DNA of 55,514 bases, taken from positions 1 to 55,514 of the forward strand of contig CAYFXR010000182.1 of NCBI GenBank assembly GCA_964347155.1, given 5' to 3'. The stretch comes from an uncultured Nitrospiraceae bacterium. Lineage in GTDB: Bacteria; Nitrospirota; Thermodesulfovibrionia; UBA6902. Of this stretch, positions 28,495 through 39,160 are shown piece by piece; position 1 is the stretch's first letter; every line of letters begins with the position of its first letter. The notes beneath the pieces were generated by a model. It saw nothing but the letters and a program-made list of their open reading frames with translations. It did no database searches and was not told where the DNA came from. Both the position numbers and the translations under genes were made by a program.

Positions 28495-29931
28495 TTATTT
28501 CCTTCCAAAATCATCATCAAAGCGGACTATATCATCTTCCTCAAGGTAGTCTCCCATTTGAATTTCAATGATATGTAGTGGAATTTTACCGGGATTTTCA
28601 AGACGATGACGCGTGGCCTTGGGAACGTACGTAGATTGATTTTCTTCCAAATAAACTGTCTGATTGTCGTTTACAATTTTTGCTGTACCCTGAGCTACAA
28701 TCCAGTGTTCACTCCTGTGGTGATGCATTTGTAAAGACAACTTGGCCCCGGGATATACAACTATCCGTTTTATTTTGGTATTTCTGTTTTCTTCCAAAAC
28801 AGTATACGTTCCCCACGGGCGATATACTTTTGTATGTGCTTTATACTCTTTACGGCCCTGTTTTTTCAGTTCTCTCACAATAGATTTGACGTTCTTGCTT
28901 TTGTTCAAATCCGATACAAAAACTGTGTCCGGTGTTTCCACTACCACAATATTCTCCAGATCATTTACGACAATAAGCCTGTTATCTCCTCTGATAAGAC
29001 AATTTTTTGTTTCTTTCAGGATGACATCTCCTTCCACTACATTGTTGTTATCACCTTTCGGAAGGAAATCATAGAGTGACTTCCATGAACCAATGTCGCT
29101 CCAGCCAAAATCTGACGGAAGAATCACCCCTTTCCTGGTCTTTTCCATAATAGCGTAATCAATGGAAATATCCGGCAATTTGCTGTATTCTTCAAATGAT
29201 ACATCACCGCTGTTTGAAATCATTTTCTGTACTTTTCTCAGGAGCGATGGCTCATATGTTTTGAACTCCTTCAGTAAAACAGACGCCTTGAAAGCAAACA
29301 TTCCGCTATTCCAGTAAAAGTTCCCTGCCTTTATATAATTCCAGGCGGTTTTCTCATCCGGTTTTTCCACAAACCTTTTTATTGTAAGCGCATCTTTATT
29401 TACAGCCTTTATGCCTTCTATATACCCATAGCCTGTTTCAGGAGAATTAGGTTTAATACCGAAGGTCACGATGTAATTCTTCCTAGCAAGAGTGATAGCT
29501 TTTTTTAATCGTTTACGAAATTCGGCTACATCGTTAATGATATGGTCAGAAGGGAATATCAATAATACTGCATCTTTTTCACTTTTTAAAATATCCAGTA
29601 AAGCAAGGAGAATAGCAGGTGCCGTGTTTCGTCCACAGGGTTCAGTAATTATTTTGCCCTTTGAGGGAACTTTTATTTCTTCAAGATGTCTTGCAATTTC
29701 ATAAAAATGTTCTTCACCACAAACAATCCTTACTCTTTTTGCTTCAAGCTCTGGCAGTAGCCTTTTGATTGTGCTCTGGATTAAAGAGTCAGCTCCGACA
29801 AGGTTAACCAGTTGTTTTGGATAAAGTTCCCTTGAAATTGGCCATAATCTTGACCCTGTTCCCCCTGCCAATAGGACCGGGTATGTATTTATTCCCTTTT
29901 TTGACACAATAAAACGACTCCTTTTCTGCAT
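28495..29931 (-). CDS. manC: Mannose-1-phosphate guanylyltransferase / mannose-6-phosphate isomerase
   Basis: LAGGTGSRLWPISR, FVEKP, WSDIGSW and cupin RPWG...LSLQMHHHRSEHW. Confidence 0.96.
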   Translation of the reverse strand: MQKRSRFIVSKKGINTYPVLLAGGTGSRLWPISRELYPKQLVNLVGADSLIQSTIKRLLPELEAKRVRIVCGEEHFYEIARHLEEIKVPSKGKIITEPCGRNTAPAILLALLDILKSEKDAVLLIFPSDHIINDVAEFRKRLKKAITLARKNYIVTFGIKPNSPETGYGYIEGIKAVNKDALTIKRFVEKPDEKTAWNYIKAGNFYWNSGMFAFKASVLLKEFKTYEPSLLRKVQKMISNSGDVSFEEYSKLPDISIDYAIMEKTRKGVILPSDFGWSDIGSWKSLYDFLPKGDNNNVVEGDVILKETKNCLIRGDNRLIVVNDLENIVVVETPDTVFVSDLNKSKNVKSIVRELKKQGRKEYKAHTKVYRPWGTYTVLEENRNTKIKRIVVYPGAKLSLQMHHHRSEHWIVAQGTAKIVNDNQTVYLEENQSTYVPKATRHRLENPGKIPLHIIEIQMGDYLEEDDIVRFDDDFGRK

Positions 29932-30030
29932 TCCTCCCTATTTGCTTGCCTGCAGAGGCTACTGTTGCCCTTAAAAACATTATATTAGTTTATTCAAAAG
30001 AAGGTCAATGTAAAAGCTGGCAACTGGAAG

Positions 30031-31023
30031 TTATAGAAGCCCTACCCCCCAGGGGTGTGTGTTACGTTCAAGTTGAATGGTATCTATTACCGTATTATTT
30101 TTAAGATCAATAACCGAAACACTGTGGCTGAGCTTATTAGCCACATAAGCCTTTTTGGCATCGTAGTCTATCGTTATGCCCTTTGGTGAACTGCCGACTT
30201 TAATTGTATCTACTACTTCATTAATTGTTGTATCGATAACTGAAACGCTTCCATCTCCCGCACAAGTAATATAGAGCTTGTGTGCGGCATCATCAACTGC
30301 TATATACCAAGGGTTTCTTCCAACCTGTACGGTACCTACTACTTTATTGCTCTTTGTATCGATAATTGATATATTATTATCATCAAGACTGGTTACATAC
30401 ACCTTCTTACTTGAAGGACTGTATGCCAGACCACGAGGAATTTCACTGACCGGTATTTTTGTAACTTTTGTATTATCCTGCAGATTGACTACGGAGACAT
30501 AATAACCGCCTGAAACAACAACATAGGCAAGCTTTTTATCTTTAACAATTACTGTTTCAAAAGGTTCAATATCTTCAAAGTTTATTTTCCCCTTAACAGT
30601 GTTATCCGTAATATCTACAATTGTTATCGTTTTATTTGCTTTGTCAACAGTATCTGTTATGTAGGCGAGGTTGGTTTCAGAATCAATTGCCATATGCATT
30701 GGACCGATGCCGGTTTGAATGGTATCAACGACCGTATTTGTCTCTGAATCAATTACTGATACAGAATTGCTTTCAGGACTTGAGTTCATTATATAGAGCC
30801 TCTTTTTGTCAGGAGAAACGGCAATACCTGCAGGCCATATGCCAACCTTAATTGTACCTACTACCTTATTGGTGGTTGTGTCTATTACAGATACACTTTC
30901 AGAGCCGGAATTTACTACATAAAGTCTCTCAGCCGCTAAAGAAGTATAACTTCCCCCGCATACTGTAATTGACAGTGCTACAACGGCTGAAAAAACAAAA
31001 AACAGAAAGTTTTTTGATCTCAT
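30031..31023 (-). CDS. YVTN / YncE-family beta-propeller protein, exported
   Basis: Signal peptide and seven ~42-aa YVxN...VSVID repeats. Confidence 0.9.
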   Translation of the reverse strand: MRSKNFLFFVFSAVVALSITVCGGSYTSLAAERLYVVNSGSESVSVIDTTTNKVVGTIKVGIWPAGIAVSPDKKRLYIMNSSPESNSVSVIDSETNTVVDTIQTGIGPMHMAIDSETNLAYITDTVDKANKTITIVDITDNTVKGKINFEDIEPFETVIVKDKKLAYVVVSGGYYVSVVNLQDNTKVTKIPVSEIPRGLAYSPSSKKVYVTSLDDNNISIIDTKSNKVVGTVQVGRNPWYIAVDDAAHKLYITCAGDGSVSVIDTTINEVVDTIKVGSSPKGITIDYDAKKAYVANKLSHSVSVIDLKNNTVIDTIQLERNTHPWGVGLL

Positions 31024-31033
31024 TTTTGCTCTT

Positions 31034-31069
31034 TACCCCGTTAGAAAGCCCAGTCCTTCTCACGGGGTA
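31034..31069. repeat. Short palindromic element TACCCCGTTAGAA...TTCTCACGGGGTA
   Basis: 13-bp stem with one mismatch; ACCCCGT/ACGGGGT ends recur inside the long inverted repeat. Confidence 0.65.
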
Positions 31070-31071
31070 TC

Positions 31072-31368
31072 TTACCCTCTTATAGTAGTCCAGCATTCAG
31101 TATTTTCAATATTTAGATTCAAGAGTTGTGTTAATTCCCGCTCAGATGTTGTACCATCTTTACCTAAATCTTCCAACAGCGTTCTTGGAATTTCCAACGT
31201 ACACATTTTATCTTTTTTTATTAACTGGAATCTGTACGTAAAGGTATTGAGGAGATAGTATATTCTGTAAACTATGATGGTATTATCTATCTCTTTGATT
31301 TTTTGTTCAACCATTTCATATGAAGGCACTTTATCTTCTGACACTACCGGGTCATACGGATCATCCAT
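31072..31368 (-). CDS. Hypothetical protein
   Basis: ORF with AAAGGAG SD before ATG 31368; no recognised motif. Confidence 0.6.
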   Translation of the reverse strand: MDDPYDPVVSEDKVPSYEMVEQKIKEIDNTIIVYRIYYLLNTFTYRFQLIKKDKMCTLEIPRTLLEDLGKDGTTSERELTQLLNLNIENTECWTTIRG

Positions 31369-31692
31369 AATTTCTCCTTTCATATGTTCATTGGCGATAA
31401 ATACTTAGTCATGAGATAATGCTACCACTTTTGATACCGTATCCGTATAAATAATATTTGCTAAACTCCTTGTTTTTTTTAATTAATTAACTATTTATCA
31501 TTATAACATCTTTTTTGAAATCTGCAAGGAAATTATGGCATTTGGCGTTATTGTACGGTTCAATCTGCAAGATTGAACTAGCAACCAGCAGAGATGCTCT
31601 TTAACTGGAAATTTAACTAACATATGGAAGAAAGAAAATTCATGAGGAAGTGCACTATCTTCATTATTGGCGAGTATTGAATAATAAAGAAT

Positions 31693-32955
31693 TTAAATCC
31701 TTGTTATCTTGATTTTTTCTATTTTTTTGCCATCCATTTCGAGTATAAGGAATCTCAGATCATGAAATCGCAACTGCTCTCCAACTTTAGGAAGATGACC
31801 GAACAACCCGAATAAGTACCCCCCGATTGTGTGAAACTCTTCGCTGTCAAGTTCAATGCCAACAAGTTCATTTATTTCGTCAATACCGGTCGAGCCAGAA
31901 ACTACAAATGTCCTCTCATCCACAACCTCCACCTCTTTCTCAGCCTCTATGGCCTCAAATTCATCCTGGAGACCTCCTACTATCTCTTCCATGATATCTT
32001 CAAGTGTAATAAGCCCTGCAGTCCCTCCATGCTCATCAACAACAATAGCAATCTGGAATTTATTCTTTTGCATATCATCAAGGAGCCCTGTTACCATTTT
32101 GCTTTCCGGTATATAATACGCATCTCTTACAAAATTCTTTATTGATGTATCAGGAGGAATTTCCGTATCTGCCATTTTCCTTATAATGTCTTTGACATAT
32201 AATACACCCGTAATATTATCCACGGTCTCCTTAATAACCGGATAACGGGAATAGCCTTCTTCTGATACGAGGGAAAGTGCGTCTGCCACAACGGCGTCTT
32301 CCGAGATAGCTACCATCTCGGTTCTCGGCACCATAGCTTCAGTTACTTTTTTGTCTCCAAAAGCAAATACATTATGGAGCATTTCTTTTTCCTCTTTTTC
32401 AATGGCTCCTTCCTCTTCTCCGATTTTTATCATCGCCTTCATTTCTTCCTCTGTTAAAAGTTGGGGGGCGGGTTTTACCTCCCCGCCGAAGATCCGGATT
32501 ATTGAATTTGATAACTTGTTGAGAACTGATACAAGTGGCGATATCAATTTAATATATATTTCTATCGGCCTTGCGAGAGACAGGGATATTTTTTCTGCAT
32601 GGGAAACGGCAAAGGTCTTAGGCGCGAGTTCTCCAAATACAACAGTTAGTATGGTCATCATAATTGTCGCGAGGATAATTCCGATATCTTCGCCCAAAAG
32701 ACTTATTGCCAGAGCCGTACCGACAGAAGTAGCAAGGATGGTAAATAAATTTCCTGAAAGTATGACAGCACTGAAAAGCCGATCGTGTTCATCACGAATC
32801 TTCTGGGCAACTTTCGCGTTGTTATCGCCTTTTTCAATGAGATGCCTCAATCTGATCCTGTTTAAAGAAATAAAAGCTACCTCAGAACTGGAAAGCAGGG
32901 CAACTAAGATTATACAGATTATTATGATAAGAAAACTTATAGGGTCAGGGGCCAT
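31693..32955 (-). CDS. HlyC/CorC (CNNM) family membrane protein
   Basis: SSSEVA, FGELAPK, CBS pair (YSRYPV, VDEHGGTAGLITLEDI) and CorC tail. Confidence 0.93.
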   Translation of the reverse strand: MAPDPISFLIIIICIILVALLSSSEVAFISLNRIRLRHLIEKGDNNAKVAQKIRDEHDRLFSAVILSGNLFTILATSVGTALAISLLGEDIGIILATIMMTILTVVFGELAPKTFAVSHAEKISLSLARPIEIYIKLISPLVSVLNKLSNSIIRIFGGEVKPAPQLLTEEEMKAMIKIGEEEGAIEKEEKEMLHNVFAFGDKKVTEAMVPRTEMVAISEDAVVADALSLVSEEGYSRYPVIKETVDNITGVLYVKDIIRKMADTEIPPDTSIKNFVRDAYYIPESKMVTGLLDDMQKNKFQIAIVVDEHGGTAGLITLEDIMEEIVGGLQDEFEAIEAEKEVEVVDERTFVVSGSTGIDEINELVGIELDSEEFHTIGGYLFGLFGHLPKVGEQLRFHDLRFLILEMDGKKIEKIKITRI

Positions 32956-32961
32956 GAAATT

Positions 32962-34038
32962 TTACGTTATCCTTGAAATAATAGCATCAGCCACACCAGA
33001 TGTGGTTGCAGCAGATGGGTCATCGGGGTAAGGCTTCATGTCATATGTAACATGCTTTCCCTCTTTGATAACAGATGCAACAGCATGATCCAGTTTTTCA
33101 GCTGCCGCAGTCTCCCCGATGTGTCGCAACATCATAATGCCGCTGAGTATCATGGCTAACGGGTTTGCTTTGTTGAGGCCCTTATATTTGGGTGCACTTC
33201 CGTGGGTAGCCTCAAAGACGGCATAATCATTTCCTATATTTGCACCCGGTGCAAGCCCAAGGCCTCCGATTAATCCTGCAGCGAGATCTGAGACAATGTC
33301 GCCGTAAAGATTTGGCAAAACTATCACATCATAGAGCTGGGGTTTTTGAACAAGCTGCATACACATATTATCAATGATTTTGTCCTCAAATTCAATATCT
33401 GGATAGTATTTAGCCACATCTCTTGAAACCTCAAGGAATAGTCCGTCGGAATATTTCATGATATTTGCCTTATGCACCGAGGTTACCTTGCGTCTTTTAT
33501 TTTTTCTCGCATATTCAAAAGCAAAACGGACTATTCTCTCTGTACTATAAACAGATATCGGTTTTATGCTAATACCTGAGTCCAAACGAATTGTCTTTCC
33601 TGAAATATTCTCAACAACATCAATAATGGCTCTTGCGCCTTCAGAGCCTTTTTGATACTCTATCCCTGCATAAAGATCTTCCGTGTTTTCTCTGACAATA
33701 ACAAGATCGATGTTTTCATATTTTGTTTTTGCCCCGGGGTAGGATTTGCATGGTCTTAAACAACTATAAAGGTCAAGTGTCTGCCTGAGAGTAACATTTA
33801 CACTTCTAAAGCCGGTGCCGACTGGAGTTGTAATTGGTCCTTTAAGAGCGATTTTATTCCTTTTGACAGATTCAAGAACCCTCTCGGGTAAGGGAGTGCC
33901 TTCCTGATTATATACTTCTTCGCCTGCATTCTGTATATCCCATTCAAACCGAACACCTGTAGCTTCAAGTACACCTGTTGTTGCCCCTGTTATCTCCGGT
34001 CCTACACCGTCTCCGGGAATAAGCGTTATTTTATACAT
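32962..34038 (-). CDS. icd: Isocitrate/isopropylmalate dehydrogenase family, probably isocitrate dehydrogenase
   Basis: [35 protein letters not shown] and HGSAP motifs. Confidence 0.85.
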   Translation of the reverse strand: MYKITLIPGDGVGPEITGATTGVLEATGVRFEWDIQNAGEEVYNQEGTPLPERVLESVKRNKIALKGPITTPVGTGFRSVNVTLRQTLDLYSCLRPCKSYPGAKTKYENIDLVIVRENTEDLYAGIEYQKGSEGARAIIDVVENISGKTIRLDSGISIKPISVYSTERIVRFAFEYARKNKRRKVTSVHKANIMKYSDGLFLEVSRDVAKYYPDIEFEDKIIDNMCMQLVQKPQLYDVIVLPNLYGDIVSDLAAGLIGGLGLAPGANIGNDYAVFEATHGSAPKYKGLNKANPLAMILSGIMMLRHIGETAAAEKLDHAVASVIKEGKHVTYDMKPYPDDPSAATTSGVADAIISRIT

Positions 34039-35279
34039 TATCTAAATTTAGGAGTAGCCGCCAGTATCTTTGATACTATCTTGGGATGTTCTGCAATAAA
34101 TCTCAATTCATCATCTGTGAGAGGTTTTTGCGTATGCAGATTGGCATACTGGACAAGTTCAAGTATCTTTCTCGCTTCTTTGTCATCATGAAAGTGGATA
34201 CCCAAATCATCATAGACGTGTCTGAAGCCTCTGAGTCCGCCGTATTCACCTGTTGTTATTATTCTGCCGGTTTGTAGGAGTTCAGGTTCTCCCCTTCCTA
34301 CATCCTCAGGGTCATAAAGCTCATAATTGCGTCTATCCTTTAGAGCGCCGTCAGCATGTATGCCTGATTCGTGGGCAAAGGCATTGGCTCCGACACCTAC
34401 CTGTGCTATTGGAATAGGAATACCGAAGGCATATGATGCGTAACGGGCAATTTTCCATGATTTCTTAAGGTCTACACGTTCATCCAGATGGACTTTTTCT
34501 TCAAAGCCATGTGAGTATTTCAAAGCAAGCATTGTAGAAACAAGATCGCAGTTTCCAGCTCTTTCGCCGTAGCCATTGATTGTAGTGTTTATATAAGCGT
34601 CAACTCCGCTTTCTATAGCTCCCTGAGCACCGGCAACTGACACTGCTTCGGCCATACCAAGATCATTGTGGCAATGCATTTCCAGAGGGAATTTTGTGGC
34701 AACAGCAATTTTTTTAATCCTTTGATAAATGGTTATCGGATCATCCGCGCCAAGCGTATCACAATAACGAAAACGCTCAGCTCCGTTTTCTTTTGCTGCA
34801 AGGGCAAATTCTATAAGCTTATCAATATCTGTCCGGGACGCATCCTCTGCGTTGACTCCTACGGTTTCCGCACCAAGGGATTTGGCTAATCTCAAAGCCT
34901 CTACCATTGAATTAACAATATCATTCCACGTCTTTCTGCCCTTAAATTTACCCTTGAGCATTACGTCAGAAGTTGAAATTGAGATATTGATGTGTTTTAT
35001 ATCAGGACAGTTTTTAAACGTTAACTTAATATCTTCTGGAATGGCCCTGCACCATCCCTCAAGACGAATATTTTTAAAAACACCCTTTTTGGCAAGCTCG
35101 AGATTGGCGTTTATGTAATTTACCTCATGTTTTAGCGTAGGAAAACCTATCTCGCTCTGAAATATCCCCATTTCATCCAGGTAAAGATTTAGCATTGTTT
35201 TAGCTAATTTGCTTAATAATATGCGAGATGTTTGAACGCCGTCTCTGTTTGTTACATCGATGAGATAGATATTTTTCAT
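34038..35279 (-). CDS. DRE-TIM metallolyase, Re-citrate-synthase-like
   Basis: [28 protein letters not shown] and HESGIHADG motifs; no LeuA regulatory domain; stop overlaps the icd start. Confidence 0.78.
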   Translation of the reverse strand: MKNIYLIDVTNRDGVQTSRILLSKLAKTMLNLYLDEMGIFQSEIGFPTLKHEVNYINANLELAKKGVFKNIRLEGWCRAIPEDIKLTFKNCPDIKHINISISTSDVMLKGKFKGRKTWNDIVNSMVEALRLAKSLGAETVGVNAEDASRTDIDKLIEFALAAKENGAERFRYCDTLGADDPITIYQRIKKIAVATKFPLEMHCHNDLGMAEAVSVAGAQGAIESGVDAYINTTINGYGERAGNCDLVSTMLALKYSHGFEEKVHLDERVDLKKSWKIARYASYAFGIPIPIAQVGVGANAFAHESGIHADGALKDRRNYELYDPEDVGRGEPELLQTGRIITTGEYGGLRGFRHVYDDLGIHFHDDKEARKILELVQYANLHTQKPLTDDELRFIAEHPKIVSKILAATPKFR

Positions 35280-35311
35280 GGATTGATATTTAACCATATT
35301 CTTATAAGTAT

Positions 35312-35920
35312 TTACAACTTTTTCCGCATCCCCCATCTCTTAAAGAGATTGTGTGTAATGCCTGAAATATCAAGAATCTTTCCCACGACAAAATCCACAA
35401 TATCATTAATATCTTTTGGTTTTTGATAAAAAGCCGGAATAGGCGGGACAATCTTCGCGCCCATACTGGCAAGTTTAAGCATATTTTCAAGATGTATGGT
35501 ATTGAATGGCATCTCACGGGGTGACAGGATAAGTTTCCGGCCCTCCTTTAACGTAACATCCGCAGCCCTTTCAATTAAATTATTTGCATAACCATTTGCA
35601 ATACCTGAAAGGGTTTTCATAGAGCAAGGCACAACAAACATGCAGTCTGTCAAAAAAGAACCGCTTGAAATAGAAGCCGCAAGGTTATTTTCTCCATAAT
35701 ATTTAATTTGTTTTGTGGAGTAATAGTGTTGGATCTTCTTTTCTGTTTCTGATTCGGTTTTCCCTGTCCAATTGACGCCTGTCTCGGTCTTAATGATGAA
35801 AAAAGCCTGACTGGATACACAAAGATAAATGTTTTCGGCGCATTTAAGCAGTTCCTCTATCAGCCTCATGCCATAAATTGATCCGCTTGCACCTGAAATT
35901 GCAACGATAAAAGATTTCAT
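35312..35920 (-). CDS. ubiX: Flavin prenyltransferase UbiX
   Basis: SGASGSIYG, SSGS, PCSMKTL, RAADV, PREMP and PAFY motifs. Confidence 0.95.
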   Translation of the reverse strand: MKSFIVAISGASGSIYGMRLIEELLKCAENIYLCVSSQAFFIIKTETGVNWTGKTESETEKKIQHYYSTKQIKYYGENNLAASISSGSFLTDCMFVVPCSMKTLSGIANGYANNLIERAADVTLKEGRKLILSPREMPFNTIHLENMLKLASMGAKIVPPIPAFYQKPKDINDIVDFVVGKILDISGITHNLFKRWGMRKKL

Positions 35921-35947
35921 CTATCCATTTTAACATGATTCAAAGGG

Positions 35948-36595
35948 TCAGGTCTTGCATTCAAGCACAATTAGATTCCTCTCAGCATTTACAAAGGGAA
36001 GCTGTATTCTATGAATTTCTTTTACTTTATCCCTTGCAAAGAGGTGTTTTTCCAACTCCCTTAGCTCTCTTGATACTTTCGGGCCTTTGTTCAACACGAG
36101 TTTGCCATTCTTTCTTATATAAGGGCAAGCTATTTTAAGAAATTTCTTGATATCAAACGTGGCTCTTGAAACAATAATGTCATAGATTTTTTCATACTCT
36201 TTTCCGAGAGCTTCAAGTCTTTGTTCCATTATCTTTATCGTTTTTATACCGAGGATTCTGATTATATGTCTAAGAAAAGCTGTTTTTTTCCTTGATGACT
36301 CAACAAGTGTTATATCTATTTCCGGCCTGATAATTTTAAGTGGTATCCCGGGAAAGCCAGCGCCAGTCCCGATATCTGCTAATTTTAACATCCCCTCAGG
36401 AATTACTCTTATATAAAGAAGAGAATCAATGAAATGGTTAATGATTATGTCTTCATCAGTTTTTAGAGAGGTTAAATTGTAAGCCTTGTTCCATTTTTTA
36501 AGCTCAGAGAGAAATGTCATAAAGGCATTTAATTCTCTTTCAGAACAGCGAATGTCTATTTCTTTCAGACACTTTTTCAGGAGTTCTTCGCTAAT
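35948..36595 (-). CDS. rsmG: 16S rRNA m7G527 methyltransferase RsmG; start ambiguous (ATT 36595 or ATG 36520)
   Basis: WNKAYNLT, HFIDSL, DIGTGAGFPG and SRA motifs. Confidence 0.9.
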   Translation of the reverse strand: MSEELLKKCLKEIDIRCSERELNAFMTFLSELKKWNKAYNLTSLKTDEDIIINHFIDSLLYIRVIPEGMLKLADIGTGAGFPGIPLKIIRPEIDITLVESSRKKTAFLRHIIRILGIKTIKIMEQRLEALGKEYEKIYDIIVSRATFDIKKFLKIACPYIRKNGKLVLNKGPKVSRELRELEKHLFARDKVKEIHRIQLPFVNAERNLIVLECKT

Positions 36596-36778
36596 TTTTC
36601 CCCCTTCAATTTCCTGTTAGATCCTTCAAGTTATATTTTTGGCATGTTTTATTATTTTATTCTTTTTTCACAAATTTTGTTTGCCCGCAAAATATTTTTC
36701 TATCTATTTCCTGGTAATACTTGACATAATTGTATAGAAGGTTTTAAAACATTATAAAATATAAAAGTGGAGGATTGT

Positions 36779-37225
36779 ATGAAAAAGAGTTTCATTTTTA
36801 TATTGATTCTTTTTTCTCTCGTGATTTTTAACAACTATTCACACGCCTTGTGTGTAAATGTTCCTGAAGCCAATCTCAGAAGTGGGCCTGGAACTAAATT
36901 TGAAAAGACGTGGGAGGTTTTTAAATATATGCCTTTTCATAAATTAACTTTACAAGGGAACTGGTACAAGATAAAAGATGTAGACGGTGATATGCACTGG
37001 ATTTATAAAAAACTGGTTACAGATAAATTTCAATGTGCAGTTGTGAAAGTAGACAAAGCCAATGTCAGAAGCGGTCCCGGAATTGCATATAGCAAAAACT
37101 CTCTGAGTCCTGCTTTAAAATATGACTCTTTTAAGGTAATTCAGATAAAATCTTCCTGGGTAAAGATAATTGATGAATTTGGTGATACAGGATGGATTTT
37201 CAGAAAGCTTCTGTGGGTTCAGTGA
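36779..37225 (+). CDS. Exported tandem bacterial SH3-domain protein
   Basis: Signal peptide; two AN(L/V)RSGPG...W.KI.D..GD..WI repeats. Confidence 0.88.
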   Translation: MKKSFIFILILFSLVIFNNYSHALCVNVPEANLRSGPGTKFEKTWEVFKYMPFHKLTLQGNWYKIKDVDGDMHWIYKKLVTDKFQCAVVKVDKANVRSGPGIAYSKNSLSPALKYDSFKVIQIKSSWVKIIDEFGDTGWIFRKLLWVQ

Positions 37226-37323
37226 AGTGAGTTTGCAATTTCCAGAAGTTCTCGTTATTCTTAAAAGTAAAAAACTAACATTTCTATACAAAGATATTCC
37301 CTTTAAAGGGTGGAGGTGGTCAT

Positions 37324-37908
37324 ATGTTTAAAAAATGGGGAAATAATACTGAAGAAAGACAAATAAACAATCATAGAGAAGATCCTGTAAAAGAAGTCCG
37401 TTACCAAACAGCTAATACAATATTGAAAGGCAGCAAACTAATTGGTAACATAAATATAACGTGCGATTTGGAATTAAGCGGCGAGATTGAAGGTAATATA
37501 ACTTCAGAGCAAGATTCCAATATCGTTATTAAAGGTACCTGTAAAGGGAATATCCAGACAAGAGAAGGTAACGTTGATATCAAGGGGGAGCTGATTGGTG
37601 GCAACATTACTGCAGGCAGTGATGTAATAATCGTAGGTAAATATAATGGTGGTGAGATTAAGGCAAATGGCAAGATACACCTAAACGGTGAATTCGACGG
37701 AAGACTGGAGGCTAACGAGATCGAAATAGGTCCCAATGCCCAAGGCAAAGGAGAAATACTTTATAGAGAATACATTTCAATTTCAAAAGGAGCGAGGGTC
37801 GAAGGGCAAATCTCTAAGGTTCCAAGCGAACTCAAGCTCATAAAGAACGTCCCTGAAACCAGGACCTCAGATACTGAACCACCTGCTAAAGAGATGAGCA
37901 GTGCATAA
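37324..37908 (+). CDS. Bactofilin / polymer-forming cytoskeletal protein
   Basis: Repeated hydrophobic-x-G beta-helix pattern, longer than a single domain. Confidence 0.85.
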   Translation: MFKKWGNNTEERQINNHREDPVKEVRYQTANTILKGSKLIGNINITCDLELSGEIEGNITSEQDSNIVIKGTCKGNIQTREGNVDIKGELIGGNITAGSDVIIVGKYNGGEIKANGKIHLNGEFDGRLEANEIEIGPNAQGKGEILYREYISISKGARVEGQISKVPSELKLIKNVPETRTSDTEPPAKEMSSA

Positions 37909-37935
37909 GAGATTAAAAATTCTTTCCTGAGCTGG

Positions 37936-38523
37936 TTATCCTCTCCAGTAGCGGATGTTTCCTACATCTATATGAACAAATCCTGAGCGGGGATAATAAC
38001 CCACTCCCCCGCCCTTAAGTTCCATCGCTGTGCGCCTTACTACCTTAAGACTGTAATCCGGCAAGCGCAGATCTACGGCTTTTCCGTACATATGAAGACT
38101 ATTTTTTGCTACACCTTTTCTTCTCTTTCTGAGTAATGCATTCGTTCCGGGGGTGCGATAACCGGAGACAATATGAAACGGGCTGTCGGTCTTCAGATTC
38201 TTCTTGAGGGTAAAAATAAGGTCTATAAGATTCGTATTAATAGACTTGACCTTTCCATTGTGGATGTCTCTCAGTATATAGTTTATCTCGGATAATGCCC
38301 CGGATAGATATTGCCCTTCTCTCCAGTAAACTGTTTTTAAGCTCTCCTCGGTGTACACATTGTACAAATACAGTTCTCTTTCAGGTGAAAGATCCTCAAC
38401 AGCAGCCAGTGTTTTACGGGGAATAAGGTAAGAAGCAGCTGTTATTAGTCCCGTGGCGAGGAATTTTCTCCGGCTTAATACGCTTTTCAATACAGAATTG
38501 ATTTTATTTTCCAATAAATTCAA
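37936..38523 (-). CDS. YcbK/DUF882 (peptidase M15) family protein with Tat signal
   Basis: SRRKFL, SGYRTP.TN, SLHMYGKAVD, GGVGYYP and FVHIDVG motifs. Confidence 0.92.
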   Translation of the reverse strand: MNLLENKINSVLKSVLSRRKFLATGLITAASYLIPRKTLAAVEDLSPERELYLYNVYTEESLKTVYWREGQYLSGALSEINYILRDIHNGKVKSINTNLIDLIFTLKKNLKTDSPFHIVSGYRTPGTNALLRKRRKGVAKNSLHMYGKAVDLRLPDYSLKVVRRTAMELKGGGVGYYPRSGFVHIDVGNIRYWRG

Positions 38524-38993
38524 AGACTTGTCTCCAACTATCCAAAAACGGAAACATTATAACATTTCATATAAATATTCATCAATTAAAAAATTATAAT
38601 ATGTCAATTATTATTCCTTAATCGAGTAGACTAAGGTTTTCTTCCCCTCTCCTTTTTTTAAAGATGGTTTTCTCACACGCCCCCGGTCTTTTGACGGCTT
38701 CTCTGGTACCCTGATTCTTGGCTGTTTATGCAATGTATGAGTATACCAGAAACTTTCCCTCATGCAAACCAACTACTGATTTTTTGTGTCCCTCAAAAAA
38801 CTGAACATTATTAATATTCGAGCCTATATGAGGCCCGATTGCAGCATATAAAGGAATTTCCTATTAACTAAGGAATTAAAGTTCCTCATTATAGACTGCG
38901 ACGTAGGTTATATGCTTTTCGTGTATAAGTATTTTTCTTAATATTTATCCTGCCAGATAATAATTTATTAATGATATTTATTAAGGAAAAAGC

Positions 38994-39020
38994 TAAAGAT
39001 TTTTTTTAATCTGCCGATAA
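38994..39020 (+). promoter_or_regulatory. Sigma28 (FliA) promoter of the chemotaxis operon
   Basis: TAAA-N15-GCCGATAA, a full consensus match. Confidence 0.85.
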
Positions 39021-39058
39021 ACCAATTGTAAACCTGATAACCAAAAAGAGAAGGCTAA

Positions 39059-39151
39059 ATGATTATAAGAATCGCTATAGCAGACATCAACAGAATATTT
39101 CGTGAAAAACTCAGCACAGCAGCACTTGTCATGATGATACTTAGCGCTTAA
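39059..39151 (+). pseudogene. Possible remnant of a response-regulator N-terminus (30 aa)
   Basis: MIIRIAIADINRIFREKL resembles a NarL-type receiver start, then stops. Confidence 0.4.
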
Positions 39152-39160
39152 TGCACTAAT

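Noticed and set aside
38611..38763. Short basic minus-strand ORF faintly resembling a transposase fragment
   Set aside because: No catalytic motif or terminal repeats visible; needs BLASTX
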